A stretch of DNA of 64,000 nt from Oculina patagonica (lineage: Eukaryota). Of the stretch, positions 62,728 to 64,000 are shown piece after piece; position 1 is the stretch's first letter; the number at the start of each line of letters is the position of its first letter. The DNA lies in contig NC_135770.1 in the NCBI RefSeq assembly GCF_052425735.1, positions 29,946,001-30,010,000 of the forward strand. Direction: 5' to 3'. Under the pieces are notes generated by a model. The model worked only from the letters and a program-made list of their open reading frames with translations. It did no database searches and was not told where the DNA came from. The position numbers and the translations under genes are program-made.

Positions 62728-63084
62728 CTAAAAAACCAAAAGGGCAAGAAAATATCGCTGTGTTATAATGGCTTGTTACAGAAAGATTGCTTATTGATAA
62801 GTCTAAATTCATATTGGGAAATCTTTGCTAAAGTCATTGTTTAAATTTTGCCTCAATAGCAAAGACTTTGCGAAGAGAAGGCAATAGGCCATACACAAAT
62901 TGACTCCAGATGTTTAAAGAGCTTGTGAAACTTCATAAGAGGGGACATTTTCAGCTCTTTACTTGAAATATTGAAGGAGATATTAACTTTCAAAAATTTA
63001 TGGTGGCAAAAGCACTAATGAGCGCATTCATTCATTGTATGAGTTTGAATTTTTCAAACCTGCATTACAGAAAAAGTATTTAGT

Positions 63085-64000
63085 ACGTCGGACTCTAAGG
63101 ATAATCATCGAACAATCCAACGAATGGCAGACTCCATTATACATGAATTTCATCGACTTCGAAAAGGCTTTTGACATATACAGTGTTGATAGGAACATCA
63201 TCTGGCAACTCATGTACCACTATGGAATTCCATCAAAGTTCATCAAGCTGATACAGGACCTATACCAGTCGTCATCTTGTCACGTCATTCACAACGGGAA
63301 GCTGACAGAATCTTTCGAAATGAGCACAGGAGTTCGTCAAGGCTGTTTGTTGTCTCCGATGATCTTCATCATGGTGGTCGATTGGATTATGAGAGAGGTG
63401 GAAGATCAGGGTAAGACAGGAATCCAATGGACACTAACAACTCAACTCCATGATTTGGATTATGCAAACGACATATGCCTTCTTTCCCAAAAACTACAAC
63501 ATATGCAAGCCAAAACCAACAACCTGGCACAGATTGCAGAGACAACCGGCCTCAGGGTGAGCAAAGAGAAAACCAAAGTTAAAATTAAAATTAAATTAAG
63601 TTGAATGGCGAGGATCTGGAAGATGTCGAAAGTTTCACTTATCTAGGCAGTATCATCACAGTCACTGGAGGAACTGAGGAGGATGTGAAGTGCAGAATTG
63701 GTAAAGCGAGACTGGCGTTCAACATGCTTAGACCAGTCTGGAATGCCTCCTCGATTTCCACCAAAACCAAGTTGCGCATCTTCACCACTAATGTAAAAGC
63801 TACGCTTCTCTTTGGCTCACAGACCTGGAAAGTGACACAAGCTCTATCAAATAAGCTACAAAGCTTTGTCAACAAGTGCCTCAGAAAGATCCTCAAGACT
63901 CACTGGCCAGAAAAGATCAGTAACAAAGAACTTTGGAGCAGGACAGGACAAGAGCACATACCAGCTGAGATAGCAAGAAGGAAATGGGCTTGGATCGGCC
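63085..64000 (+). mobile_element. RTE-clade LINE RT fragment (decayed)
   Basis: FIDFEKAFD, GVRQGCLLSP, DLDYANDI, GLRVSKEKTK, FTYLGS; runs off the end of the window. Confidence 0.85.

Overview
Eukaryotic, AT-rich, intron-containing and repeat-dense DNA. The TE and gene repertoire suggests an anthozoan/stony-coral-type genome (inference). Main contents: (1) A ~13.3-kb TTAA-flanked DNA transposon with ~750-830-bp TIRs (4293-17637, Sola3-like, decayed DDD transposase). Nested in it is a ~5.9-kb tyrosine-recombinase retroelement (~6694-12638) with gene order SGNH hydrolase - gag - RT/RNaseH - YR. The YR gene is followed by an array of 7-8 conserved 25-nt bulged hairpins whose outer stems covary and whose distal spacers are unrelated. 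This is the most unusual signal in the window. (2) Two tandem NXPE/PC-esterase gene copies (18851-25252, 46898-54333) with complementary lesions: exon 1 of copy 1 spliced to exons 2-4 of copy 2 gives one open 561-aa frame. (3) A nested stack between the copies: Harbinger-type MITE > full-length L1/Tx1 LINE > BEL/Pao LTR element (221-bp LTRs, SAP-domain Gag) plus a TTAA foldback element. (4) The last two exons of a minus-strand, probably GPI-anchored melanotransferrin-like gene, with an RTE LINE remnant in its upstream intron. (5) Many MITEs, a SINE and Crypton-like remnants. All calls come from reading motifs by eye; no searches were run.
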